Shown piece after piece: positions 1 through 13,080 of a DNA stretch of 64,000 nucleotides. The notes beneath the pieces are model-generated. The model saw nothing but the letters and a program-made list of their open reading frames with translations. It made no database searches and had not been told where the DNA came from. The DNA is from Microbotryum violaceum (lineage: Eukaryota). Position 1 is the stretch's first letter, and each line of letters begins with the position of its first letter. The stretch is taken from NCBI GenBank assembly GCA_001244265.2, contig CDLV01000014.1, forward strand, positions 62,001 through 126,000. Direction: 5' to 3'. The translations under genes were made by a program, and so were the position numbers.

Positions 1-2256
1 GTCCGGAAGAAGCGGCTTTCATATCCTTTCCATGTTGCGCGACAGCTTGCGTGAAGAGGGAACGTTTTTCGGATAGGGTCGTGGAGGGTGTGGTCATGGC
101 TTGGGCAAAAGCAAGAGCCGCGGAGGTGCAGATGCGCACGGTTTCTATGTGGGGGAAGGGTCAGTGAGGGATGCTCGTAGAACACGACGTGGAGGTTGGA
201 CTGACCCGTTCGACCCAATTGGAATCGACGGACTTGGGCCGCTTCGTACGTCCCACAAGGTTTGCCGTGCTGCGGATCGTCCAATGCGATTCGTCATGTG
301 ATCAGCTCCCCTCCCCTCTCATCAACCTTGAACCCGAACTGACCGTCATATAATACGCCAACTGGAACGCCATCTGCACCCACCCATCCGGTGAGGTCTT
401 GTTCCTCTTAATCCCTTCCTTCCCGTACCTTCCATAATGCAAATAAAACACCTCATGACCTCCAACATGTTTCTCAAACTCCTTCTTTCCCTCTTCGATG
501 GCATGCTTCGTTTGGGCATCTACGTGGAAGTCTAGAGCTTCAATAGTAGGTGAGGATTTCGGAGCGGGGTCGGAAGAGCCGACTTCCACGGGTTGGCGTG
601 TGAGAAGTCGCTTGGAAACAAAGTCGGACAGACGGGCGGTGGGCGTACCGTCCATGCATGAATGTTCGCCGATGAAGCCCGATTCGCCGTTCACAAAGAC
701 GACCCATTGTTGGGGTTTGTCCCTATCGCGTACAGAGAGAGAGAGAGCGTGTCAGCTCCACACCTCAGTTACGAGAACGAATATCCAATCCCGGCCCGGA
801 CTCACCACCACCGATTTGCGCCTTCGCCAATTCCCTTGCCCTGTCCCCCCGCCTTCCACAACCTCTCCGAGAAATCCCTGATTCCCTCCCCCGACATGTT
901 CTTCCCCCCCTTCCCTTCAACCTTCTCCATCGCCGGCTCAGGACGATGCTGATCAAAGGCAACGACGAAAGCCGATTTAGAAATTTCGTCGATGACTTGC
1001 TTGTTGCCTGCGTCCTGAATGAGATGTTCGTACGCGTCCGTCCAAGTATCCCTGTTCAAACCAGTGAGGATCCCAACTCCTTCGCCCTCCCCTTTCCCCT
1101 CCTTCTCCACCTTATCCAAAAGACCCTGCAAACCCCTCCTCATTTCCTCGACCGTAAATTCCCTCCCCTCTTGATCGACGATAGGCACTTTATAAAACCT
1201 TTCCTTCAACACGACGACGACATGTTGTCCCTCTTTCGAGTCCTCCCTAACCTTGACCGCATAATCCGCCGGTTTGGCCGGGATTCGATTCGCGTTAAAG
1301 GCCCATTTGAAACTCTCCATGCACAACTCGCCTTCCTTTCCCGCCGGTTCGGGTTCCAAGAGCCCTTTGATGAGCAGACGACGAAATTCGAGCGCGGTGA
1401 TGATGATCGACGCCGCGACGTAGGCTGGGTCCGAAGTAGGCGGGTTCGAGACGGAGGAAGGGGCTTGGGGAACTTTCTTGAAACCATAGTAGTATGAGAC
1501 CTGGGAGATCGTTCAAAGAATGACCGTAAGTCACGGATTGAACCCCCCGAGCAGAATCTACCGAGCTCAGCCGATGAAAAGGTGGGGCTCGGATTTCCCC
1601 GCGGGAGAAAATCTCTTTCCTCTGCTGCCCGAGCCGCTTCCCCGCCCACTCACATTGACGACGACCGAATCGCGATAAGCCATGTAAGCATCATTATCCC
1701 ACCATTCGGCTATCCAGTTCCTCATACCCTCGGACCTTCGGTACCAAACACAAATGCATCGCATCAGCTTCTTACGTTCCCCTTCCGTCTCCCCCCACAT
1801 CCGCCTCCCTCTCCACCGCATAACTCACTCTCGTCTCTTCACCAACCTCTCCTGCAACTTTCCCCCCAAACCCTGCCTAAAAACGCTCACTTTCCTTTTG
1901 AATTCTTCCAACTCGTTCTCATCCTTCGCCAAAGGTCGACAACTCTCGATCAATTTTTCCAACGTCACGTCCAACTCGGGGACGGGTAATCGGGGAAGTT
2001 GAGCTTGGTTACGAAAGGTGATCGAACCTGATGGAGTAGCCGAGGGTGGGGAGAGACGCCATTCTGACCATTTCGGAGCGGGGGACATCTTGGGTTGGTT
2101 CGAATGGAAGGCACGTGCGCCGTTGGAGAGGAGGAATGACGGTGAAGGTCGGGCAGAGTTGTCGATGACGAAGGCACGGAATGAGCTGCTGTAGTTTAGG
2201 GGACGAGCGAAATGGGAATAAGTGGAGTGGGTCGCAATTCGTCTAGGTACGAGCAT
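1..2256 (-). CDS. CAT2: Carnitine O-acetyltransferase (choline/carnitine acyltransferase family), multi-exon, 3' end runs off the window
   Basis: Motifs LPRLPVPEL..TL, NWIAEWWDNDAYMAYR, NRWW, GFIGEHSCMDGTPT, YGKEGIK..KTSPDGWVQMAFQLAYY. GT..AG introns join the ORF pieces. First ATG at 2256. Confidence 0.93.
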
Positions 2257-2580
2257 CGCCCTTTTGCGGATGATGTGTGTGCGTTGAGAGGACGAGCGAA
2301 GGGAAGAGGAAGAGGCGGTTGCCAAGCGCGGCTGCTTTCAATCCCCGTACGGACTCGCCCGGCTTACAACTTAGCCGGCCCAGCCGAGACGCACAGTCAC
2401 CGATCGACCTCAAGACGTGAGACGGCGATCAGCGTGGAACCGATCGAGGCTAGGTACAATCGTCGAGCACTTTAGAGAGTTGCATATTGCAATACCACCA
2501 ATATATAATACAAAAAAAAAACAGACAGTCCCACATGAATCAACAAAATAAAGCAAGCTTCAGAGGAAGAATCGTTCCAT

Positions 2581-5373
2581 CTATGGCAAAGACGGTGACC
2601 CCGGCGGCACTCCCTCGGGCCCATCCGTCTCCACAGCCGTCACGACCTGTTCCCTCACCACAATCATAGTCCCCTCCCCACTCTCCCCATCCCCCTCCCC
2701 TTCCACCCTACTAATCTCGACAATTTCATTCTCCAAAGGTTGGATCGGGAACGCCGGCTCTTTACTCCCTTCCCCTTCCGCCTCCCCATCGTCGGGCTTA
2801 TAAATCTGTCTATAGACCCTCCTCTTGGCTGCCCCCGGTTCTCCCTTTCTCCGATCCTTGATCTGCGCTTCTTCTTCGGCTTCATGGTCGGCAACAACGA
2901 GATCGTATGCGCCAGAAGCGATCCGATCAGGTCGCGGTGGTGCCGACGACGATTTCTTCGATTGCGATCCTTCGCCTCCCTCCTCGTCGCGAGGCGAATG
3001 GTACAATCCTCCAGAAACGGCGTGAAGAACATGCTTGGCGCCATGAACCAACAACTTCCCTTCGGGTTTGGGATGATCGGCCGAGTTGGACGGTTCTCGG
3101 CGATGTGATGATGATCCTCTCCGCTTCCTCGATGATGAGGGCTTGTCCACTTCGGCGTCCGTACTTGTCTCCGTCTCGGGTTCGACCAAAGCGCCGTACG
3201 AGAAGCCCCGACTCCCTCGCCCCAAGTGTTCCTTCTCCTTTCCCTTCTCCTTCCCTTTCCCCCTCGTTCTCCTCCTCCCCTCCCCCTCCCGACCGAACGA
3301 AACAAACCGGCCCGCCTCCAACCTCTCCTCTTCCTGCATCCTCATCTTCCTCCTCGCTTCTTCCTTCGACGCATCCAAAACAGGATACCTCCAATCCCCA
3401 AACTCCAACCCTTTCGCATCCTTATACAGCCTCTCGTCCTCATCTTCCTCTTCCTCGCCCACCTCCCCAAACCCAAGAGATTCTTCATCCCCATCCCCAT
3501 CCTGAGCCTCACCATCGACCCCATCCGTACCCCTCGAAGCGAACCACCTCTTCCAATCCTCCTCATCATAACCATGTTCCCTAACCCAAGTCCCCTGATC
3601 ATCATCACCCACAACCTTTCTCGCCACCTCCTCCCCAAGCGGTGCATAACCCTGACCCGCATCAAACCTTTCCTCCAGCGCCTTCCTAACCGCATGAATA
3701 GGTCTAGCAACCAAAGCAGTCTTCCCTTTCCTCCCATGAGCATCCATTTCCCTTCCCGGTAAATCCACCCAATATTTAACCTGCCCCCCTCTAGCATACC
3801 TCAACCCAGCAGCGACTCTACGATCCCTTCCCAAACCTTGATGAATTCCTCCTGCGGCAGGTTCAAAAGTTCGATAACTGAATCCGGTTCCTTTAACGGT
3901 CGTGATCGAATCGGTGAAAATATCCTTATAACCGAACGCGTCCCTGATCGCGTACCAAATAGGTAAACGACCACTGAAAAGGTGGTTCGCGTCGATGTAA
4001 TCGGTGTAGGAGAATGCGTAGAGGTGTAGAAAGGAGAAGAGTGGCATCTCGAGACAAACGAGCGTGTCCTGGATAGCGAGTGAGAGCGCTTCGGTTTCGT
4101 ACCGGTCTGTAAAAAGGGAGAACGTAGGTCTGAGTACACGATCCTGAATAAGGTTCTTAGGCGATGGTGGTGATAGGACTCACGAGACCGAAGCCAACCG
4201 AGCTTGACGAGCACACTGACGGCGAAACCTTGCCAGAACGAGAAAAAGATGATACCCTTGACGCAAAGGAACTGATGTGGGAGTACAAAAGGGATCGAAA
4301 ATATTAGAATCGGTGCACTACTCCGCGGACAAAGATCGACACCCGACTCGGTTGTTGACTGACCTTGGGCATAGGGCGATACGGTTTCAGATCGGCGTTG
4401 GTCGCGATCCAGAATAGAGCGAGGCAGTAAAGCGACAGGCCGACCGAGACATTATAGATGATGGAAATGTAGGTATCTGGTTCCGATCACCGGAATGATA
4501 TTAGTTTCGGAGCACGGAGGTTTTGATATCAAGAGCACCGACGCAGAAAAGAACCCCGAACTCACATCCCGAGCTCTTGGAAAGATTGCCATCACCGTAC
4601 GAGCCGAGCGCCTTCAACAGGATCGTCGCCGCGGCCAAGAAAGGCTTGATCTGCACGTATTGCAAGATGCCTCTTTTGATAGCGAGGAACGTGAACGGAT
4701 CCGAAACATCCAAAGGGGGAAGGATGCTAGACAGGGGGAAAGGGTGTCGAATCGGTGGCCTTCCGTGGAGAAGTATAATGAGTGAACGTTCGCCGCCGAG
4801 GTATTCGACGAGTAGGTTGAAGAAGCAGTAAATGACGAATGCCTGGAGGGGTGATAAATTCTTCGCGGTGAGCTCTGCGGTCTGTGGCCGAACGGGATCG
4901 GTTGTCGGTCGGCTGCTGTACCTCGTAGATATCCCTGACCGCATCGAGAAAGAAGGCCAAATCGAGCGAGTAGAGCGATATCAGGGACGAGAGTGAATAG
5001 ATGGGAACCCTGACATGCGTCGAATGTGAAACGGGATCAGCTTATCGACTCGTAGCCCCTGAATCACGCCTCCGGAGCTTCCCCCCACACACAGAGCCTC
5101 GTCGTGCTTCGCTCTCTCGTCGATCCGCAAAACTCACATGACCAAAATCCTGACGACCAAGCGCTGCAACGCAATCTTGCGATAGTTCTTGAGCTGCAAC
5201 CAAATCGTGAGCAACGACAAGACCGTCGCCAGGGCGGACGAAGCGGTGGCGACGATCAAGACCGCGCGAGGCAAGTTGGTGCCACTGCCACCCGGTTCGG
5301 TGCCGGGTAATTCACCGGCGAGTCGTCCTGTCACCGTCGCGGTCACACCGGTGGCGATCAGCGTCGCCAACAT
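2581..5373 (-). CDS. TMEM184/organic solute transporter Ost-alpha (DUF300) membrane protein, multi-exon
   Basis: IWLQLKNYRK..LQRLVVRILVM, FLDAVRDIYE/AFVIYCFFNLLVEYLGGERSL, DPFTFLAIKRGILQYVQIKP, EMPLFSFLHLYAFSY. ATG 5373, TAG 2581. Confidence 0.92.
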
Positions 5374-5627
5374 GGTCGTGGTGGTCAGGAACCGACGAAG
5401 GGCGGCGGCGGCTGTGAGGAATGCGACTGCGATACGCGACGAGTGCAGTGGACGGGCGAAGGTTGACTTCCGAGTCGACCAACCGATGACGCGTTGCCAG
5501 CGCCGGCGCCAAGCAACCGCGCGTGCCGGCGCTTTCTCTAACTTTTCGTCTGTCTGCCAGGCGTCGCAGTTGAGAGAAAATCGCGCGGCCTGGGGTGGCA
5601 GAATCATGAACAGGTAGCAAGTCGCGC

Positions 5628-5708
5628 GAGGCGACCAATACCAACAACTAGTAACTAATCATATTCGGGGAATCCAAGTGGGATGAAACAGTAATATACT
5701 CTCTAACA
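5628..5708 (-). repeat. Truncated 3' LTR of copia-1 (81 bp)
   Basis: Near-identical to 9653-9732; starts TGTTAGAGAG on the minus strand directly after the purine tract. Confidence 0.9.
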
Positions 5709-8700
5709 CTCCCCGTGCTGTCATACCACTGCAACTCGTAAATCCAAGTTTTCCCGATAGAATAGGAACGGCTTGGGACCCAAGGCTTTGGTGAAGATGT
5801 CGGCAAACATGTTGCCGGTGTCGATGTAGCGGACCTCGATCTCTTTCGCAACAACCCTCTCGCAAACGTAATGCTCCGAGATACGAACGTGACGAGACCC
5901 CTGATGGTCGGTTGGATGTTGTGCAAGAGCGGGTGAACCTTGATTGTCGCCGTACAGCACGACTGGGCCGGAGACCCGGGCACCGAGTTCAGCCAGGAGT
6001 TCGCTGAGGTGGATGGCATCACCACTTGTGTACAAAAAAGAGAGGTACTCGGCGTATGTGGTCGACTTGGCCACCCTGTGTTCGCGTTTCGAGCACCAGG
6101 CGATTGCGGCTCCGGAGTAGATGAACGCGTAGCCCATGGTTGATCTCGAGGTGGTCAGACAGACTCCCCACTTCGCATCCGAGTAGCCATGAAACTCTTT
6201 GCTGATCTTGCGGTAGGTGAGACCCAAGTCCAGAGTGCCTTTGATGTAGCAAAGGACCTGCTTGATTGCTGTCCAATGCGCGGGACCTGGCTGTTGAGAG
6301 AAGCGAGCGAGGTAGCTGACCACGAAGGCAAGATTGGGGCGATTCCCGACGGCGGCGTACATCAACAAACAATGGCCTGCAAGTAGCGCGTACGGTCCTG
6401 AGGAGTGGCAGCCGAGTCCTGGAAGTCAAGGACGACACCCGGCTGCATTGGAATACTTGCGGGCTTGGCGTCAGCAAACTGGAACGTAGCGAGGATGTCC
6501 CGAAGGTAGCGTTCCTGCGAAAGCGTGATGGATCCGTCTTGTCCACGCTTGACTTGGATGCCTAGGATGTGTTCGGCTGGGCCGAGACGTTTGATGCCAT
6601 AGGCGAGTTCCAACGCGTTGAGCACCCGGTCGATCTCGGCGATTGAGGGCCCTACCAACAGCAAGTCGTCGACGTACAAGGTGATGTAATGGGATTTTCC
6701 GTTGTGTTCTCGGCGGTAGATGCAGATGTCAGACTTGGTAGGGACATAGCCGAGAGACCGCAGAGTCGAGTCGATCTCGGCGTTCCAAATTGTGCCGGCC
6801 TGGCGAAGGCCGTAGCTAGATTTGGACAGCTTGAGGATCTTACCAGGCAGGTCAATGCCTTGAGGGACGCGCATGTAGAGAGGTTTGTCAAGTTTGCCGT
6901 GCAGGTACGCCTTGTTGACGTCGGCTTGATGGACGTGATATCCGTTGGCCGCGGCAAGTGCAATGATGGCACAAATGGACGTGAATTTGACAACGGGGAC
7001 GTAGGTCTGTTCGAAGTCAAGGCCGGGACGTAAAGCGCATCCGTGAGCTACGAGTCTGGCTTTGTGATCGGTGATGTCCCCGTGCTGGTTGCGCTTAGTC
7101 CGGAATACCCAACCCGATCGCAAGAGGATCTCGCCTGAGGGGAGCTCGCAGGATTCAACTATCTTGAAGACCTTGTAATCGTTGAGAAGCGAATTGAATT
7201 CGTCCTGCGCCGGAGCCCGCCAAAGCTCTTCTCGTCCCGATCGAATGACGTCGCCCCAATTTGACGGGTCGCGAACCTGCCAAGTTGTGATCGGCAAAGC
7301 CCTCCTTGGTGGCTGCAAAGGCGAGGAGAAGGCTTTTGAAGGAGTCGGTGGGTCCATCGGGACCGTCTTCTGGCTGTTCTTGCGTGATCAATGTGAGAGC
7401 GCGCTTGCGACGAGTCCTCGGGCCTTCGATGATGTTACTAGCGTTGACTTCGCCGTACTTCCATGGATCTGGACCAACCTTCGCGACGTCGCCGTATTCC
7501 CAAGTCGGCTTGGCTTTGGCGAGTGGGGCGGGAGCCGGAGGTGGTTGCGTCATGTTTGCGTCCGCGACCGAGGCAGGGTCGTCGTCGTCTTCCGATGTAA
7601 TTGTTTGTGGTGGCGAGGGAGCTTTTCCGACGTGTTCGTTGCCGGTGGTGCAGGAACTTCCGCGGGTGCCGGTGCCGGTGCCAATGGAGCCTCGACTGGT
7701 GTAGAGTCGACGACCGGCGGCGTAGGTTCGACGATAGACGGACTAGCGCGGCTGTAACCCGGGATCGACGGCGGCGCGGCGCGGGCGGGCGGAGGAGAAG
7801 GGGAACTCGGTTTCGAGAAAGGACACATCTCGACTCAGGCAGACTCGCAACGAGGAGGAATTGAGCCGCGCGCCACGCAAAAACCGTTGAAGGCGGTAGA
7901 GATGTATTCACCTCCGTTGTCGGAGCGTAGAGTTTTGACTCGGCGCCCAGTGGCGTTTTCGATCTCCAAAAGCCAGTCCTTGAACGTTTGCAGAGCCTTG
8001 CTCTTGGGCCCTACGGGGTAACCTCAGCCCTTGCGCGAGTCGTTGTCGATGAACGTGACAAGGTAGCGTTTGTTCGAGGCGGATCCCTCGGGGAACGACA
8101 AGACGTCCGAGTGCACCAATGCCAACGGTTCGGTGGCATGCGACGACGATGAAGGGCAAGGCGAGCGGTGGGCTTTGGAAGCGAGGCACGCGTTGCAAGA
8201 GAATTCTCTACACTCGGAATCACTACAGGACCAATCCAAACCCTTCACCTGGCCAGACGCCGCCAGCTTTTTAAGTGTCTGGACGGAAGCATGGCCGTAG
8301 CGGCGGTGAATTGTAAATCACGGGAGCCTACTGGACTTGGTGGCTGCGAGAGCGGGTAGCGCACCTTTGTGGACAGCTTCGACCGAGGCGTTAAGTTTGA
8401 ACACGCGGGACGCGATGGCCGATGCGGTGGCGATGCAGCCTTGCGCAGTACAAAGCTCGACGTGACCGTGTTCGATGGTGATTCGGACGCCTTTGCGATT
8501 GAATGCCCAGACTGAGATGAGGTTGGCTGGGCTCTCCGGAGCGTAGAGTACATCCTTTAGCGTGAACTTTGTGCCGTTGTCCGAGACAAGTCTGATTGAG
8601 CCAATCCCCGAGGCATTCACCGTCCCTCCGAGGCCTTGCATGACGTGGGAGGCAGGTGCGATTGGTCCGTCGAAGAAAGACGAGTCGTTGACGACGTGAT

Positions 8701-9437
8701 ACGCTGACGCCGAGTCCAACAGGAGCAAGGCGGGCTGTCCGAGGTTGACAAACGTGGCAGCGGCGAAGAAAGCCAAATGGTCTTTAGAGAACTCCCCGGT
8801 GGCGACGAAGGCGGAGGCGGGAGACACCGATGCGCCCTTGAGTTTCTTCACTGCGTTCTTGAGCTCGAAGTACTTCGTGCGCTTGGCCGAGTCAGGACAC
8901 TTGTCCGCCCAATGCTTCCCTTGACCGCAAGCTGGGCAGTCGCTAGGAGCAGGTCCAGATCGGTCCCATTTCCCCTTCCTGCCAGGTGCTGCGCTCTTTG
9001 TCGGAACAACCGCCTTCGCGACGAGGGCTGGGGTAGACTCGTCGTACGAGGTTCGAGCAACGGCTTCCATGGATGCGAAGATATCCTCTACCTTGGGGAG
9101 CTTGTTTTTGTCGGCCTGAAGCGCGTAGAGCGTGGTACGCAAGCCGTTGAACATGGTGAGGTCCCAGTCGACATAGTTGTTTCCTTTCAGCTTGGAGTCC
9201 TCGGGAAAGGCCGCTGGTGCGTTCGGTGGAAGGAGGTGACGGGGCCTCGGGGCCTCTTCGTCGCGGGTTTGCTGGTTCCTGATCAGCTCTTCATATTGCT
9301 CTCGTGTGAGAGTGATGGAGCCGATGGCTGAGATGTCGATGTTTTGGCGTTGGGTCGATGTCGATGACGGAGGGGGAGTTGATACCCTGTCACCGGGCCC
9401 GGTTATCGTGTTAACGTCCGCCGCTGGTAGGTCGGCT

Positions 9438-9449
9438 GGGCTCATAACC
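9438..9449 (-). promoter_or_regulatory. Primer-binding site GGTTATGAGCCC (half-tRNAiMet type), containing the gag ATG
   Basis: Adjacent to the LTR; same type as the Drosophila copia/Ty5 PBS; ORF 8318..9445 starts inside it. Confidence 0.8.
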
Positions 9450-9732
9450 TTTCAGAACCCTGAAGCCCAGGCATGAGATACGTAAGTATGAGAGCCAAAA
9501 TGATAACAAAGATAGTTGATTTGCATAGAAACTAACCTGAAGCCCAGGCCCGAGTTACGTAAGTATGAGAGCCAAAGATGATAGTAAAAATGGTTGGAGA
9601 AAGAAGAGAAGGGCTACGGAAGCGTGCGCGAGGCAGGCTCGAGGCGCGCGCTGAGGCGACCAATACCAACAACTAGTAACTAATCGTATTCGGGAATCCA
9701 AGTGGGATGAAACAGTAATATACTCTCTGACA
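9450..9732 (-). repeat. 5' LTR of copia-1 with an internal ~77-bp tandem duplication
   Basis: Starts TGTCAGAGAG on the minus strand and ends at the PBS. The unit cctgaagcccagg...cgtaagtatgagagccaaa occurs at 9459 and 9536. Confidence 0.85.
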
Positions 9733-10979
9733 AGGTACGTGTAATCCCCGTTGGCGGCGATGAAGTATTGTTCGCACACAGCCTGCGCTCCGTTGGCGGT
9801 GACAAACGAGTTTTTGGCAAAGTTGACGCAATATCCTTTCAGGAGCACGTCCGAATTCGTTTGACCGATGGTCTTGACTAAGTTCTGGTCAAGGGGACCA
9901 TTCTGGCCGGTGCACATGGAACCGGTTCCGGGATAGTAGACGACTGTAATGAGGGAACACAACGCCGGTCTCTGGTTAGGATCACATCTTCCAGACGCTC
10001 AGATTTCGATACGCACCTTAAGCTTGGTAATGGTTGACGTAGCACAGTGTACCGTTGCCGTTTGCCGGTGTATAAAGCTTGAAAGGTTGTTGATTGGCCA
10101 AAAAGGGCTTGGCTAGGCCATAATTCCGGTATATGGAGTAAGGATTTTCCGCGTAGCATGTGTTGTTGTACAATGTGTAGCCGGTCAAGCAGGTCAAGGT
10201 CGTGGTGCTGTTGCAGGTCACGGCGTTCGGATCGGTGCAAGGCAGGCATTGTTTGGCTGGAAAGCACCGGAGCGGACGATACGATCGAGATTAGCCATTG
10301 AGACCATGTGACAAGATTGGGTGGTAGAAAGATGAAGCGCAATGACTCACCATCAGGTAAGTCCCCGGAGTCTTGCTGCAGTCCACGGCTGCGCACCTGC
10401 TCAGTGGAGGTCATGAATAGGGGCTCAAAGTCAGCCCAATCGCTCGCAACAGTGGCCCCAGTACCAAGGCTGAGCGCGAGCGGCATGCACCATCCACTTG
10501 CGTTTCGAGTTCGGCACACCGTACGAGCACATCAGAGGCTCTGATCGACTGTACGTTGTCGCGTTCGTGTAGAGCGAAGAACACTACACGCAGGCGTTGT
10601 CTACGGAGAACAAGAATGCCGAGATTAAGCGATGAGCATGCAATGGCACAGGCACTGTCCCTGATCCACACCCAGAGTTCATTTGTTCATGAAATGCGAA
10701 AAGAAGCAGCCTGAAGCTGAAATGAGGAAGATCGGGCTCAAAGCACGAGGCAGGAAGGCCACGCCCAGGGCAAGGAGCGTTCAAGGCCAGCCTGCCAGGG
10801 ACGACGCGAGAATTCCGAAGAGGAGCGATCCTACTCACTGATGGCGATCTCGTTGGTGTGGCAGGCGATGCGATTTTCGAGCTCATGGTAGCCTTGTTCA
10901 AGAAGGGAGCGGCGATTGAGAGGGTCGATTAGAAGATGAGCAAGGTCGCGGCAACGAGGCTGGAGCGCGCGAAAACCAT
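9733..10979 (-). pseudogene. Secreted Cys-rich protein family I, copy 1 (pseudogene)
   Basis: Same 5-exon layout as 32830-34067. Codon 17 is TAA (10929-10931) where the paralogues have Gln; 1-nt frameshift before HELENRIACHTNEIAI; C-terminus abuts the copia LTR. Confidence 0.85.
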
Positions 10980-11568
10980 TCCGACTGGACTGGATGGGAT
11001 TGTGTGGGGGGAGGGCCGAGAGGAGCAAGTGCGCCCGGTGTGCTAATAAGTATTCGAACGATGGAGATGGTATAGGAAAGAAAATGAGAAGACATTCTGT
11101 CGGGACGGGAGGGCATTCACCCTCCTGCACCTCATTCCTCGCCAGGGGGTGATATTTGGAGCGTTTTGCGAGCGTCGCCGAAGTCTCTAAGGAACGGCCA
11201 GTCGGGCACGAGTCGAGGCAGTCGGGCGCGAGTTGGCACACAGTCGGATTTTTAGCCGTTCCGACTGCAGTTCGGGGATTTTTGACCTCGACTTGCGTTT
11301 CTTGAAGTTTGATGCCTGGACAGCGCACGCAACACCAGGCGAATCGACGCGCGCGCCTTCGATCGGATGACTTTCGAGCACGTAAAACACCTTTTGATAA
11401 TGTTTCGAGGCGCATGTGAGAATTTGACATTGTGGAGCCAAAAGAGGGTGTAAAAGTTAGACAAAAATTCAGAAAAGGGCCTTACTTATTCCACATGGGC
11501 CACTGACATGGGCTGTCTGTCCTGACTCAGCCGACTCGGTTGAATACTGGTTTAATCCCAGGCCTTAT

Positions 11569-11799
11569 AGGACCCCGAAAGCCCAGCCAGAGGCGGCCCG
11601 CAAATTTGGACATTTTTGGCTCAAAATGGGTCGAGGCTCACCCCATTTATGGACATTTTCCTCCCTCCGGTCAAACTTTGAAGCGCAGACCAGGGTAGCG
11701 GGAGGCTGGAGGCGCGGGGCATATATAGCCGGCACAGCTGCGCGCGGGTAACAGTCGCGCTGTTTGCGATTTGAGCGCGTTGGTAAGTGCTGCATTTGC
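11569..11799 (-). mobile_element. Terminal segment (TIR + subterminal) of TIR family X, inverted
   Basis: Reverse complement of ~37265-37492; begins AGGACCCCGAAAGCCCAGCC. Confidence 0.85.
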
Positions 11800-11820
11800 G
11801 ATCAATCATGAGATCCTATT

Positions 11821-13080
11821 GGGAGGACATGTTGTACGACGTTGCTTTGCGCCAGTACTTCTCCGGGTAGAATGACAGCCACCTGGTCTTGGGCCGGTAA
11901 GTTGTAGGTTCTCGGATCTCGATTGCGCGGTACAAGTAAACGCAGCTGGTACATGTGAGACGCATCACTGTCCATGAATCCTTGTGCTGCCAAGAACAGT
12001 TTGACGCGCCTGTTGTAATGTCGTAGCATGCCGTCGAGTAGAGGAACAATCTGCGGATCGATACGCTGAGTCCAGACGCCGTACTTCTTCATGCGGTCCG
12101 TTATATCTTTGTCGGGCTTCAATGCGTTCCGTCGGAGCCAGGAATAGAATCTGAACAAAGGCGTCGTTGCTGGGGCGGTTGCCGATACCGTGAAATGCCA
12201 TTCCGCTCAGACAGAAAGATGGTGGCCCGGAGCCGTTGATGATGATGATGCCATGGCCTTGGCTCGTGCCGAATGATGCCATAGCAAGGTTTTCATTGAA
12301 TGCAAGAATGCGCTCCTGGAAGATCTTCTAACTGCTTCACGGATAGTCAGCAAGGCCGTTAGTCCGCTGTACTTAATCTAGCAGGTTGAACGAATCGACG
12401 TGTACTAACCTGGGCCATCGCCAGTCAGAAGCCCGAGCAAATCGGACTTTGCAACGTCATTGGTCCAAGATCGTGCCGGCGAAAGGGCCCTTCTGGCAAC
12501 GGTAGCAGCGCAGTTGGGACGGTCTGGCTCGATCGCTCTCTCGCGCGTTGATGTCGTGGACGCTGCTCCGCGGGTCGTCGATCGACGACAGTAGTGGCTG
12601 AAGTCACAGTTGCGTCTTTACTTGAACCCGCGTCGCGAGAGACGTGTGGAACTGCTTCAAAGCGTGGACGAACGAATCTCAAGGCTGGAGGTAAAGGATT
12701 GCGGGCCCGTCGCACTTGCCGTGCGACATTGAGACTGCCTGCTCAGCTACCGGTGCAGATCGACTTGACGATCCATTTTGCGCGACGTCGTTGCCGCTAA
12801 GCTTCGGATCTGCGAGTGTTCGAGGTTGTTGGCGGCGGCGACTGTGCGATTACTGTGCGATTAGAGCAGAAGTCGGGTTGTGCGGAGGAGGAACGCGAGC
12901 ACCCTCACGGGCGGCGCGCTCAGCTCGCTCACGTTGCCGACGTCTCTGCTGCCCCTGTGCTCTCCGTGAAGATTGTCGCACAGGAGACGGGACGTGAAAG
13001 TTTGCAGACAATTTTTCGGCAGTGGCAGTGGCAGGAACAGGAAGATTGAAGGAACTACGCTATGATGTGGTAGACATGCA
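11821..13080 (-). mobile_element. Helitron RepHel N-terminal remnant, copy A
   Basis: [42 protein letters not shown] and [17 protein letters not shown] resemble Helitron Rep N-terminal motifs (IRxYNxxxAFTSxG, GPxxFRIxGxxYHxIG, RRYNLPTxxEVAxI). Stops and frameshifts present. Confidence 0.8.

Larger units (their letters stand above)
5628..9732 (-). mobile_element. Degenerate Ty1/copia LTR retrotransposon (copia-1)
   Basis: gag [18 protein letters not shown], protease [10 protein letters not shown], integrase LRSDNGGEY (truncated), [29 protein letters not shown], RNase [20 protein letters not shown]. Order PR-IN-RT-RH with frameshifts. PPT at ~5709-5720. Confidence 0.95.
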
